Shown here: piece after piece, positions 49,407 to 59,131 of the stretch
How positions within the stretch are numbered: position 1 is the stretch's first letter
How the letters are laid out: each line of letters starts with the position of its first letter
DNA from: Spirochaetia bacterium
GTDB lineage: Bacteria > Spirochaetota > Spirochaetia > DSM-16054 > Sediminispirochaetaceae
Direction of reading: 5' to 3'
Assembly: GCA_034520965.1 (NCBI GenBank)
Contig: JAXHMY010000001.1
Location: 736,001-800,000, forward strand
DNA length: 64,000 nucleotides
Made by a program: the position numbers and the translations under genes
Notes under the pieces: model-generated
The model's input: only the letters and a program-made list of their open reading frames with translations
What the model was told of the DNA's origin: nothing
The model's database searches: none

Positions 49407-51900
49407 CTAACACTCACTGTGGCCACAGGAGTGGCACTTTTTACAGCCTTCAATAAACATAAAGGTAGCATTTCCACAGACCGGACATATATCGGCGGTC
49501 GGCTCGTTGAATGAAAGGGAGAACTGCTTCTTTTCGTTCTCCTCCTCTTCATCGGGCAGCACCGGGTAGTTGTAATCTTCTACTGGTCCTTTCCGATGTG
49601 CTCTTCGATCGCCTGAGCTATGGCGTCGGGCAGACTCATTACCCGGTTTTTACCGAATCCTCGCTGCCGTCCGCTGCCGATACTACGCAGCTGGGCAATG
49701 ATATTCTCCGCCCGCTCTTCCGGGTTCATCGGGCTCGGCATCCGCAGGATAAGGCTAATTAAACGCCCTAGACCCTCGGCATCCGCCGAAACGTCCGAGC
49801 CGACTTTGGCTACATTGATAAAGATCTCAAAGGGCTCGTTGTTATTGGCACCATCGGAGTTTACAGTAATGTAGGCGGTTCCTATGGGAGAAAGCACGTC
49901 TGGCGCAGGATACCGTGCAGTACGGTCGGACGCACCCGTGAGCGGATCTGTTCCGGTTCAGGGGCCGGTGCTGCCTCCGTTTTAGACTCATCCTCTGTTT
50001 TCAGATTCAGAACCTGCTCATCACGTGAGCCGTCACGGTAAATCGTGCCGCCCTTACAGCCCAAGTCGTACATCAGCTCGTACAGCTCTTTGGTCTGTTC
50101 TACCGTATAATGGCTCGGCATATTGCTGGTTTTAGAAATGCTGGAGTCGACCCAGCGCTGAATAGCACCCTGAACACGTACATGCTCTTCCGGAGTAAGA
50201 TCCATGGCCGATACAAAATAGTCGGGCAGAGGCTCATTTTCATTCTCCTTCAGCCAATCGTTATATACATCTACCCGTTCGGTATGAGAGCCCATTCTGC
50301 CTCGCCGTTCCCACTCCCAAAAGTAGTACGGCTCTATTCCGGTGGAAGTACCCACCATAGTTCCGGTTGTACCGGTGGGCGCCTGGGTTAATAGGGTTAC
50401 GTTACGAATTCCCTGGTCCTTTACCGCCTTTCGCACTTCCCCGCTCATACCCTGCATGAAGCCGCTCTCCAGAAACTTATCCGCATCAAAATAGGCAAAA
50501 CTGCCCTTTTCCGCCGCGTACTCCGCACTGGCCAGGTAGGATTGCTCGGCAATAAACTTGAACAGTGTGTCCAGGAATTTCTCCGATTCAGCCCCGCCGT
50601 AACGAATCTTCAGGCGAATCATCATTTCGGCCAGACCCATGGTGCCCAAACCGATACGCCGTTCGGACTGCTGCTGTATCCGGTTGGCCTCGAAGAAGTA
50701 AGGGGTGTTGTCGATAACATCATCCAGAAAGCGAACCGCATAACGGACCGTTTGGCCCAGGGTGTCCCAATCAACCTTGCCCTGCTTTACAAAGCGGGCT
50801 AAATTCACAGCCCCTAAGTTACACACGCCCCAGGGAGGCAGTCCCTGTTCCCCACAGGGGTTGGTACAATTTATTTTTGCGTAGTAGTAACTGTTGCTCA
50901 GGGCGTTGTAGCGGTCAACAAAAAAGATCCCCGGTTCGGCACTGGCCCAGGCACTCTCGATGATGCTGGTCCATATATCCCGGGCTTTCACCGATTTGTA
51001 TTTAGTTACCCCTTTCCCCCGGGCACGCCACGCTTCAAGGTCTCCGTCCCAAAGCTCATCGTAGTCGGGATCGCTCACATCCGGAAACACCAGTTCCCAC
51101 ATACCGTCGCTTTTTACCGCCTGCATAAAGTCGTCGGTAATTCCGACACTTATATTGGCATTGGTAATTCGGCCGGCCAGACGTTTGCTGTTGACGAACT
51201 CCAGAATATCGGGATGCCATATATTGAGGATCAGCATCAGCGCGCCGCGCCGGCTGCCCCCCTGTTCGATTAATCCGGTTACAAAACTGTACAGTCCGCC
51301 CCAGGAGACCGAACCGCTGGAACGTCCGTTTACCCCTTTTACATACGCATGATGGGGGCGCAGACTGGAGAGGTTGATACCTACCCCGCCGCCCCGGGAC
51401 ATAATCTCTGTCATATGGGTGAGAGTCTCCATAATGCCGCCGCGGCTGTCTTTTGGAGAGGGAATTACATAGCAGTTATAGTAGGTGAGTCTCTGTTCGG
51501 TACCGGCTCCGGTAAGGATACGTCCACCTGGGACAAAGCGCCAGTCCTGCAGAAGCCATTCAAAGCGCTTACGCCACTCCTCCCGAACTTCCTCTTTTTC
51601 CTCTTCGGCAATACCCCGGGCTACCCGTGCAATCATCTGGGCCGGATCGGTTTCTACCGGCTTATCTACATGCTCCAACGGCGTGGTAAACTCAGTATCG
51701 TCCTCAAGCTTTACATTTACCTCCCCGTCATTGACCGCAGCAATGCTGCCTATCTCTCGCTGCCCTGTATCTGCATTGGTCATTACCACAACTGTATCAC
51801 CCACTGATAAGCTGCCCTTTTGACCATCCTTAAGAGCATAACGATCCAGAAATATTTTACGGCCCAATGGTTTCAACGAGTTCTTTCCTGCCTGTGCCAC
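49407..51900 (-). CDS. nrdJ: Adenosylcobalamin-dependent (class II) ribonucleotide reductase with TSCPD domain and C-terminal Zn-ribbon; frameshifts near 49900 and 49582
   Basis: PGGRIL, NCYV, RRGALM, TNPCGEQ, CNLG, APTGT, SISKT and KGGTIYRDGSR; manual translation of 49407-49580 gives DICPVCG...IEGCKKCHSCGHSEC*. GTG start 51900 with SD GGAGGG. Confidence 0.92.
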
Positions 51901-52071
51901 AACTCCCTCCCAGTTTTTTGAGACTTTACGGCTGTACATGCATGGCTTACATGCCCAGTCTATACAGCCGCAAGGCCTCCCTCTACAATACTCATTTCAA
52001 AATCATAATTCAAGGCAGCAGGCATAATTTAGAATTGCGCTCCCCATTCTTTTGTTGTATTCTAGGCCACT

Positions 52072-53814
52072 GTGAAAAGAGAAAGCTTCAACCCTAATAC
52101 CCTGTATGTCCTCGCCGCCCTCCTGCTTAGTATAGGCTCCCTTTTTACGGAGTTCGTCCTTGCAGGTACTGTATATGCCCGGATTGCATGGTATGTAGAC
52201 TTCATTATCATGGCCTTGCTGATGGCCGAAATCATTTCGGATGCCCGCAGAGCGGCCAACCTGCAGGAGTACCTTAGGCGCAATATCCCCACTCTACTGT
52301 TTTTCGGGGCTTTCCTGTTGCTTTTTCTATACAGTAAAGTAACTTACGTGCTTATAGAGCAAAAGCGGATCGAGGATGTCTCGCGGGGAATAATAGTAGT
52401 TAGAAATACATTTATGCTGCTGAAGGTTTTCAGCCGTCTTAGGCGCCTCTCTTCTTTCTTCGAAAGTATTGCTACCCAGCCTGCGCAAACCATTCTCTTC
52501 AGCTTTCAGATGGTGATTCTGGGGGGTACACTTTTGCTGATGCTGCCCTTTACCACCACCACCGGGGAAGGGCTACCCTTTATTGACGCACTTTTTACCG
52601 CTACCTCGGCGGTGTGTGTAACCGGACTAATTGTCGTCGACACTGCAACCGCTTTTACTCTATGGGGACAGCTAATTATTTTAGTCCTTATTCAGATAGG
52701 CGGACTAAGTATAATGATAATCTCCTACTTCACTCTGTTTTCGATTCGGCAAAAGGTCTCGGTGCAGGACAAGCTGCTGCTGAGCTACATGTTAAGCGAG
52801 CAGAATATGAGCGCCCTGTCGAAACGAGTCAAAACAATCATCTACTCCACCTTTGCTATCGAGGCGATAGGAGCCCTTGTTCTATCCCTGGGCTTTCATA
52901 CCACCACCACAGACTGGCATTCTACCCTGTTACACTCGGTCTTTCATGCGGTGTCGGCATTCTGTAACGCCGGTTTTGCCCTATTCAGCGACAGTTTAGA
53001 AGGCTTTGCCGACAAGCCGCTGATTACACTAACCGTCGCTGTTTTAATAATTCTAGGCGGCATTAGTTTTGCAGTACTCACCGACTTTTACTCTATCCTC
53101 GGCAGCCGGATCAAGGCGTTGCTCAGGCCGACGTTCAAGATCAAGCGCCAAGTTTCACTGAACACGTATGTGGTCATAATTGCAACACCGGTACTACTAA
53201 TTGCAGGAATGCTGTTGTTCTACGGGCTGGAACATACGAATACCCTGGCTGAACTTCCCCTAGGCAGACAGTACCTGGCGGCCTTTTTTCAATCGGTCAC
53301 CCTGCGTACTGCAGGCTTCAATACGATTCCCATTGGGGCACTTCAGCGGGTGACCCTCCTAAGCCTAATCCCCTTTATGTTCATTGGTGCGGCCACCGGG
53401 AGTACTGCCGGCGGAATTAAGATTAACAATGTGGCGGTAATGTATGCCTACCTGAAATCGCTGGTACAAGGACAAGACTCAATCCTGCTGCGTGGCTACT
53501 CGCTGAGCCGCAGTCAGGTAAATAAGGCCTTTCTGGTTCTGTTTTTCGGTATTCTTGCCCTCTCCCTCAGCACCATCGTTCTTAGTGCAAGCGAGACCGC
53601 GCCGCTTGAGGAGTTGTTGTTTGAAGCTGTATCAGCCTTTGGAACGGTAGGTTTGTCGACCGGAATCACCGGAATGCTCAGCTTGACAGGTAAAATAGTT
53701 ATTATATTTTTAATGTTTATAGGGCGGCTGGGGCCTCTGACCATACTGGCCGCCGCTTCGCAGCCGGAAAAAAGCGTGCAGATCGCCTATCCGCGCGGAA
53801 ATATACTGCTATAA
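52072..53814 (+). CDS. ktrB: TrkH/KtrB potassium uptake membrane protein with N-terminal 4-TM extension
   Basis: Four pore motifs: SAVCVTGL, SAFCNAGF, RTAGFN and SAFGTVGLS. Confidence 0.9.
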   Translation: MKRESFNPNTLYVLAALLLSIGSLFTEFVLAGTVYARIAWYVDFIIMALLMAEIISDARRAANLQEYLRRNIPTLLFFGAFLLLFLYSKVTYVLIEQKRIEDVSRGIIVVRNTFMLLKVFSRLRRLSSFFESIATQPAQTILFSFQMVILGGTLLLMLPFTTTTGEGLPFIDALFTATSAVCVTGLIVVDTATAFTLWGQLIILVLIQIGGLSIMIISYFTLFSIRQKVSVQDKLLLSYMLSEQNMSALSKRVKTIIYSTFAIEAIGALVLSLGFHTTTTDWHSTLLHSVFHAVSAFCNAGFALFSDSLEGFADKPLITLTVAVLIILGGISFAVLTDFYSILGSRIKALLRPTFKIKRQVSLNTYVVIIATPVLLIAGMLLFYGLEHTNTLAELPLGRQYLAAFFQSVTLRTAGFNTIPIGALQRVTLLSLIPFMFIGAATGSTAGGIKINNVAVMYAYLKSLVQGQDSILLRGYSLSRSQVNKAFLVLFFGILALSLSTIVLSASETAPLEELLFEAVSAFGTVGLSTGITGMLSLTGKIVIIFLMFIGRLGPLTILAAASQPEKSVQIAYPRGNILL

Positions 53815-53828
53815 GGAGATAACTAATT

Positions 53829-54515
53829 ATGGATAAAGTGTTTGCGGTCATCGGGCTCGGCAGCTTCGGACGTCAGCTCTGTTCCACCTTTATTGAACGG
53901 GGAGCTTCGGTAATTGCCCTGGACAACCAGGCCGAACTAATCGACAAGGTAAAGGATGAAGTAACCCAGGCCATTCGGGTTGATTCCACCGACAATGAAT
54001 CCCTTGCTCAGGTCCCTTTTGAGGATGTGCAGACTGCGATAATAGCAATTGGTGAGAATATCGAAGCCAGCATCTTGACCACTGCTCTGTTAAAGCGCAA
54101 GGGCGTACCCTACATTCTGGCCCGGGCAGTATCCGAGCTGCACACACAAGTGCTGCGGCAGGTAGGGGCCGACGAGGTGGTGAACCTTGAAATAGATGAA
54201 GGGATAAAAATAGCCCAACGCCTGGCGGCCCCGGATATTTCGGACCGCTTTCAAATTGGCAGCGCCTTAAGCCTGGTAGAGATGAAACCGCCTAAGGCTA
54301 TCCAAGACAAACAGCTGCACAGCCTCGATCTGAGAAATCGTTACCGAATCAGCATCGTGGCCATTTACCGCAGTACACACTCGGTAGATGAGGTAGGTAA
54401 TCCGGTAAAAGAACAGACAGTTCTGTTTCCCGATCCCGGTACGGTGCTGGGGGAGCAAGATTCAATTTTGATAGTTGGAAAAAACGAAGATATCGATAAA
54501 TTCAGGGAGCTGTAA
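53829..54515 (+). CDS. ktrA: TrkA/KtrA RCK regulatory subunit
   Basis: AVIGLGSFG, AIGENIEASIL and a TrkA-C domain. Confidence 0.92.
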   Translation: MDKVFAVIGLGSFGRQLCSTFIERGASVIALDNQAELIDKVKDEVTQAIRVDSTDNESLAQVPFEDVQTAIIAIGENIEASILTTALLKRKGVPYILARAVSELHTQVLRQVGADEVVNLEIDEGIKIAQRLAAPDISDRFQIGSALSLVEMKPPKAIQDKQLHSLDLRNRYRISIVAIYRSTHSVDEVGNPVKEQTVLFPDPGTVLGEQDSILIVGKNEDIDKFREL

Positions 54516-54516
54516 A

Positions 54517-55329
54517 ATGGTATTCGTCCCGCGTTTTCTTTTACATTTATTTGCCCTAATCTCCGGTACGGCTATTACTCTGCTGGGGCTGCTGGGCTAC
54601 TTTACCTTCTCCCGGCAGACAGTCTATACGGCGCTGCAGGCCAAGCTCACCGCCGAGTGGTTCCTGTTCGGCGCCCTTTTATCGCTGCTGCTATTGGGAA
54701 TCATCAGTGCCCGCATTATAGTTGTGCGCCGCAGAGTCCCACAAGAGTTGCAACGCATTCAAACAATGAGTTCCTACATTTCACTCTCGAGCCAATTAAA
54801 TTCTAAACGCCTCTACGAACTTGGCCCGCCCCTGGCAGAGCTATTTAAGCGAGTCACTTCCATCAATGAAAAACAGTCCCTTAAAATGAGTGCCCAGCAC
54901 GCACTCACCTCTTTTCTCTGCTCCAACATTAATGCAGCGCTGCTGATAAGCGATATCACCGGTAAGATTGTGTATGTGAGCATAATATACGAAGAGGAGT
55001 ACAAGACAGAACGAGCCAATCTGCTTGACAAAAATATAGAGAACCTGATACCCAACCTGTTTATGCACGAGGTCATCGCCAACATAGAAAAACAGCACAC
55101 CTACAAAAAAGAAAAACAGGACGATCTGAATTTTCGGGTATACCCAATCTACAACCACTCATCGCAAATAACCTATTTCGTCTTCGATGTAGGGGGCACC
55201 ACCGATTTCACCTCTACTTCAGGTACAGGACCCCACTCCACATCACTTGCCCACAAGGAAGAGAACTTCTCCAATCGCTTCTCCGGCAGATTGAAGAACT
55301 TCAGAAATTTGTGGAACTATACAAAATAG
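54517..55329 (+). CDS. Hypothetical membrane protein (2 TM plus PAS-like segment)
   Basis: Starts 1 nt after the ktrA stop; two hydrophobic helices; ALLISDITGKIVYVS...LLDKNIENLIP resembles a PAS core. Confidence 0.65.
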   Translation: MVFVPRFLLHLFALISGTAITLLGLLGYFTFSRQTVYTALQAKLTAEWFLFGALLSLLLLGIISARIIVVRRRVPQELQRIQTMSSYISLSSQLNSKRLYELGPPLAELFKRVTSINEKQSLKMSAQHALTSFLCSNINAALLISDITGKIVYVSIIYEEEYKTERANLLDKNIENLIPNLFMHEVIANIEKQHTYKKEKQDDLNFRVYPIYNHSSQITYFVFDVGGTTDFTSTSGTGPHSTSLAHKEENFSNRFSGRLKNFRNLWNYTK

Positions 55330-55382
55330 TGAGGTTGCCTACTACGTAGAGCAAGTAAGAGAGAGCCAGTGTTTTCCTTCCT

Positions 55383-55518
55383 CAGCGATTCTATAATTTG
55401 GAAGTCTTATGACTTCCAAATTAAATTCGCATCAAGTTGTTTAAATTTTATATATCTTAACTTTTGGAGGCATCTCACTTGGATAGTGTAATTACACTAT
55501 CCAAATTGAGAATTGCTG
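55383..55518. mobile_element. Double-hairpin MITE-like element, copy C (complete)
   Basis: CAGCGATTCT...AGAATTGCTG termini; left stem AATTTGGAAGTC-TTAT-GACTTCCAAATT; right palindrome TTGGATAGTGTAATTACACTATCCAA; flanks TTCCTTCCT / TTCTTTCCT (8/9 direct repeat). Confidence 0.8.
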
Positions 55519-55590
55519 TTCTTTCCTTTACCGGCTTGATTCAATCTGCTAAGATTACCCAAGTTTGTACCTGTGAATAAGGAGAGGTGG

Positions 55591-56929
55591 ATGGAAAAAA
55601 ATAAAATGCAGCCGGCGAAACCTGCACAAGAGTTTATGCACAACCGTTCCATGACCGCAGCCCAGGTAGATATGGACCAGAGTGTGCAGTTTTTCCTTTC
55701 GGAGATGGAAAAGGGGCTCGCAGGCTCCGACTCATCGCTGCATATGACATCCCACTTACCTAAACTCTCAAGGAAATCTTCCCCTCAATACCCCGGTAAT
55801 AGTTTTAGATGCGGGGGGGACTAACTTTCGGGTTGCCCAAGTACAATTTAGCTCCGAAGGCAAGGCTCTTATTGAAAAATTTCAGAAGTTTTCAATGCCC
55901 GGTTCGCAAGGGTATATTAAACGGAATGAGTTTTTTGATACCATCGTAGGCTATATGAAGGAGGTCCTCGACTCCTGGAGCGGTGATACTCCTCCCCACA
56001 TAGGTTTCTGTTTCTCCTATCCCACCGAAATCACCCCCGACAAAGACGGCAAATTGCTTCATTTTTCGAAAGAAATAAACGCCCACGAAGTTGAGAGCGA
56101 GCTGATTGGAGCCAACCTCAACCAAGCCCTCACCCGGCAAGGATACGCTCCTCCGGCGGGAATAGTGCTGCTGAACGACACTGTGGCAACCCTGCTGGCC
56201 GGAAAATCAGCCTCCGCCGAACATCTATATAGCGCCTTCATCGGGTTTATTCTAGGCACCGGGACCAACAGCGCGTACGTAGAGCAGAATCGAAATATCG
56301 GCAAGCTTCCCCAGAATATAGGCTTCGAGTCTCAAATAATTAATATGGAATCCGGCGCATTCAATAAGCTTTCCGGAGGAACCATCGACGAAAATTTCGA
56401 TCAAACTACCAAGCGACCGGGATTTTACCGCTTTGAAAAAATGATTTCCGGAGCTTACCTTGGGCCGCTTGCCAGCCGAGTGCTTGAAGAAGCAGTCGAG
56501 GCGGGACTGTTTACCCCCAACACCGCAGCGGAGATAAAGACTATACTGCCACTGGATACGGTTATCACGGACCAGTTTCTCCACAATCCCTATTCCAAGG
56601 ACAACCCCCTGGCACAAGCCTGCAGTCACAGTGACGACCGAAGTATCTGCTTTTGCCTACTTGATACGGTTATAGAACGGGCCGCAAAGCTGGCGGCAGT
56701 AAATCTTTCGGCTACCATTCTAAAGGGAGATGCGGGGACCGACCCTGCATGTCCGGTAGCAGTATGCGCAGACGGTACTACCTTTTTCAAAACCAAAGAC
56801 CTTATGTTCCGAACCCGTTACTACCTGAAGCAATATCTGGAAAGCCGGCACGGTCGCTACATTGAAATTCTCCACCATGATGATGCCCCCATTATTGGAG
56901 CAGCGGTTGCGGCTCTTCTGAATCTGTAA
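55591..56929 (+). CDS. Hexokinase (Hexokinase_1/2 family), frameshift near 55748
   Basis: SSLHM(I)PTY, VIVLDAGGTNFRV, GFCFSYP, LNDTVATLL, ILGTGTNSAY, INMESG and EKMISGAYLG. Confidence 0.9.
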
Positions 56930-56944
56930 TAATAGCGTATACGG

Positions 56945-56990
56945 CAGCGATTCGCATCAATTTGTTTGCAAAATTTTATATCTCAACCGT
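56945..56990. repeat. Double-hairpin element, copy D (left hairpin deleted, truncated)
   Basis: CAGCGATTC-GCATCAATTTGTTTGCAAAATTTTATATCTCAAC matches copy A with the segment between two ATTC repeats removed. Confidence 0.75.
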
Positions 56991-57099
56991 TGCAAAATTA
57001 TTACAGAAACTAATACTTGGCATCTGCATACGGCGTTGGTCCATTATAATACACAGCAAAAACCATATTCTGAGAGGACAAGTGTATTAAGGAGGCACT

Positions 57100-58866
57100 A
57101 TGGCTAAACTTGATCCAACCAAGATGAAAGATTGGGAAATTGCAGCTGAGGCTGAAAAAGAGATGCATCGAATTTACGACATTGCCGATAAATTCGGTAT
57201 CAAAGAGGAAGAGCTACTTCCATACGGACACTACCTGGGTAAAGTTGATTACCGCAAGGTACTTGACCGAGTAGGAGACCGTCCGAACGGAAAATATATC
57301 GATGTGACGGCAATCACTCCCACCCCACTCGGTGAAGGGAAAACAACCACCACCCTTGGCCTGGTGCAGGGACTCGGAGCGATCGGCAAGAGTGTATCCG
57401 GTGCAATTCGTCAGCCCTCGGGCGGCCCTACCTTTAACATCAAGGGTTCGGCTGCGGGAGGCGGACTTGCCCAGGCGGTACCTTTGACCGACTTCAGCCT
57501 AGGACTCACCGGAGATATCGATGCAATCACTAACGCCCACAACCTGGGAATGGTTGCTCTTACCTCGCGCCTGCAGCACGAGTTCAACTACGGCGACAAA
57601 ACCCTGGAAAAGAAAAACTTGAAGCGGCTAAACATCGACCCCAACAATCCGGCGGTTGGATGGGTAATCGACTTTTCAGCTCAAGCCCTGCGTGAGATTA
57701 TAATCGGTATGGGTGGAAAGATGGACGGTTTCATGATGAAGTCCGGCTTCCAAATTACCGTTTCCTCCGAACTAATGGCTATACTATCGGTTGCCCGCGA
57801 TCTTAAAGATATGCGTGCCCGAATTGCAAAGATGGCCCTTGGCTACAACAAGAAGGGTGACCCGGTAACCGCGGGCGACCTGGAAGTTGACGGTGCAATG
57901 ACGGCTCTGATGGTGAAGGCGATCAATCCGACCCTTATGCAGACCATCGAAGGACAACCCATGCTGGTACATGCCGGCCCCTTCGCAAACATTGCCATCG
58001 GACAGTCTTCAATTATAGCCGACCGGGTTGGCCTCAAATTGGCCGACTACCACGTAACCGAAAGCGGTTTTGGCGCGGATATCGGCTTTGAGAAGTTCTG
58101 GAACCTGAAATCGCGGCAATCCGGCCTCACTCCAAACGCGGCAGTAATTGTTGCCACCGTCCGCGCCCTTAAAATGCACGGCGGCGGACCTAAGGTAGCC
58201 CCCGGCAAGCCCCTGGATGAGATGTACAGCCAGAACCATCCGGAGCTGGTCGAGAAGGGCGCTGAAAACCTGGTTGCCCACATCGAAACCGTCAAGAAAA
58301 GCGGCATTTCGCCGGTTGTATGTATTAACCATTTCTACACCGACAACGATGAGGAAATTGCAGCTATCAAGCGGACAGCAGAGGCAGCCGGAGCCCGGGT
58401 CGCAGTGTCGAAACACTGGGAAAAGGGCGGCGAAGGTGCCCGTGAACTGGCGGAGGTAGTAACCGAAGCCTGCGAGGAAACTCACGAGTTTAAGTTCCTC
58501 TATGATGAGACCACTTCCCAGAAAAAGCGCATCGAACTTATCGCAAAAGAGGTATACGGTGCCGACGGAGTCGAATACACTCCCGAGGCCGAGGCCAAGC
58601 TTAAAAAGGTTCAGGATAATCCTGAACTTGCCAATATGGGCATCTGTATGGCAAAAACACAGCTTAGTCTCTCCCACGATCCTGAACTAAAGGGCCGACC
58701 AAAAGGCTGGACCCTGCCGATTAAAGACGTGTATGTCTACCAGGGAGCTGAATTGATAGTCCCGGTAGCCGGCGGCATTAAATTGATGCCGGGAACCGCC
58801 TCTGATCCGGCCTATCGTCAAATTGATGTAGATACAGAAACCGGTTCGGTAACCGGGCTGTTCTAG
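57100..58866 (+). CDS. fhs: Formate--tetrahydrofolate ligase
   Basis: [46 protein letters not shown] and [10 protein letters not shown]. Confidence 0.96.
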   Translation: MAKLDPTKMKDWEIAAEAEKEMHRIYDIADKFGIKEEELLPYGHYLGKVDYRKVLDRVGDRPNGKYIDVTAITPTPLGEGKTTTTLGLVQGLGAIGKSVSGAIRQPSGGPTFNIKGSAAGGGLAQAVPLTDFSLGLTGDIDAITNAHNLGMVALTSRLQHEFNYGDKTLEKKNLKRLNIDPNNPAVGWVIDFSAQALREIIIGMGGKMDGFMMKSGFQITVSSELMAILSVARDLKDMRARIAKMALGYNKKGDPVTAGDLEVDGAMTALMVKAINPTLMQTIEGQPMLVHAGPFANIAIGQSSIIADRVGLKLADYHVTESGFGADIGFEKFWNLKSRQSGLTPNAAVIVATVRALKMHGGGPKVAPGKPLDEMYSQNHPELVEKGAENLVAHIETVKKSGISPVVCINHFYTDNDEEIAAIKRTAEAAGARVAVSKHWEKGGEGARELAEVVTEACEETHEFKFLYDETTSQKKRIELIAKEVYGADGVEYTPEAEAKLKKVQDNPELANMGICMAKTQLSLSHDPELKGRPKGWTLPIKDVYVYQGAELIVPVAGGIKLMPGTASDPAYRQIDVDTETGSVTGLF

Positions 58867-58884
58867 TAAAAATTAAAAACAGTC

Positions 58885-58921
58885 GGCCGTCTAAACTGAA
58901 AAGTCTAGGCGGCTTTTTTTT
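58885..58921 (+). terminator. Rho-independent terminator after fhs
   Basis: GCCGTCTAAACT-GAAA-AGTCTAGGCGGC followed by a T run. Confidence 0.75.
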
Positions 58922-59131
58922 AATGCAGGATGCCAGGGGCATGATGGATTTGATTTCATTATTTTAACAATTTAAGTATGCTATGCCTTCACACACAGCT
59001 CGTTTCATTATATAAACAAATTTAACTAAATTTTACATATAACTATTGACACTATGTAGAAATTCTAACATTATGTTATCAATAAAACATATTGTTTTAT
59101 TTCAATACTTTTTCTACTGAGAGGTTGGTGT

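Noticed and set aside
49578..49584. Pyrrolysine or stop readthrough at the nrdJ TAG
   Set aside because: The downstream Zn-ribbon is in a different frame, so this is a frameshift rather than in-frame readthrough.
51900..52070. Cobalamin riboswitch or NrdR boxes upstream of nrdJ
   Set aside because: No recognisable B12-box or tandem NrdR consensus is present.
35151..56990. Palindromic repeats as a CRISPR array
   Set aside because: The copies are kilobases apart, not regularly spaced with unique spacers, and no cas genes are present.
56990..57099. THF or ZTP riboswitch upstream of fhs
   Set aside because: There is only an 8-bp inverted repeat (TAATACAC/GTGTATTA) overlapping the -10 box; the leader is too short and lacks aptamer motifs.
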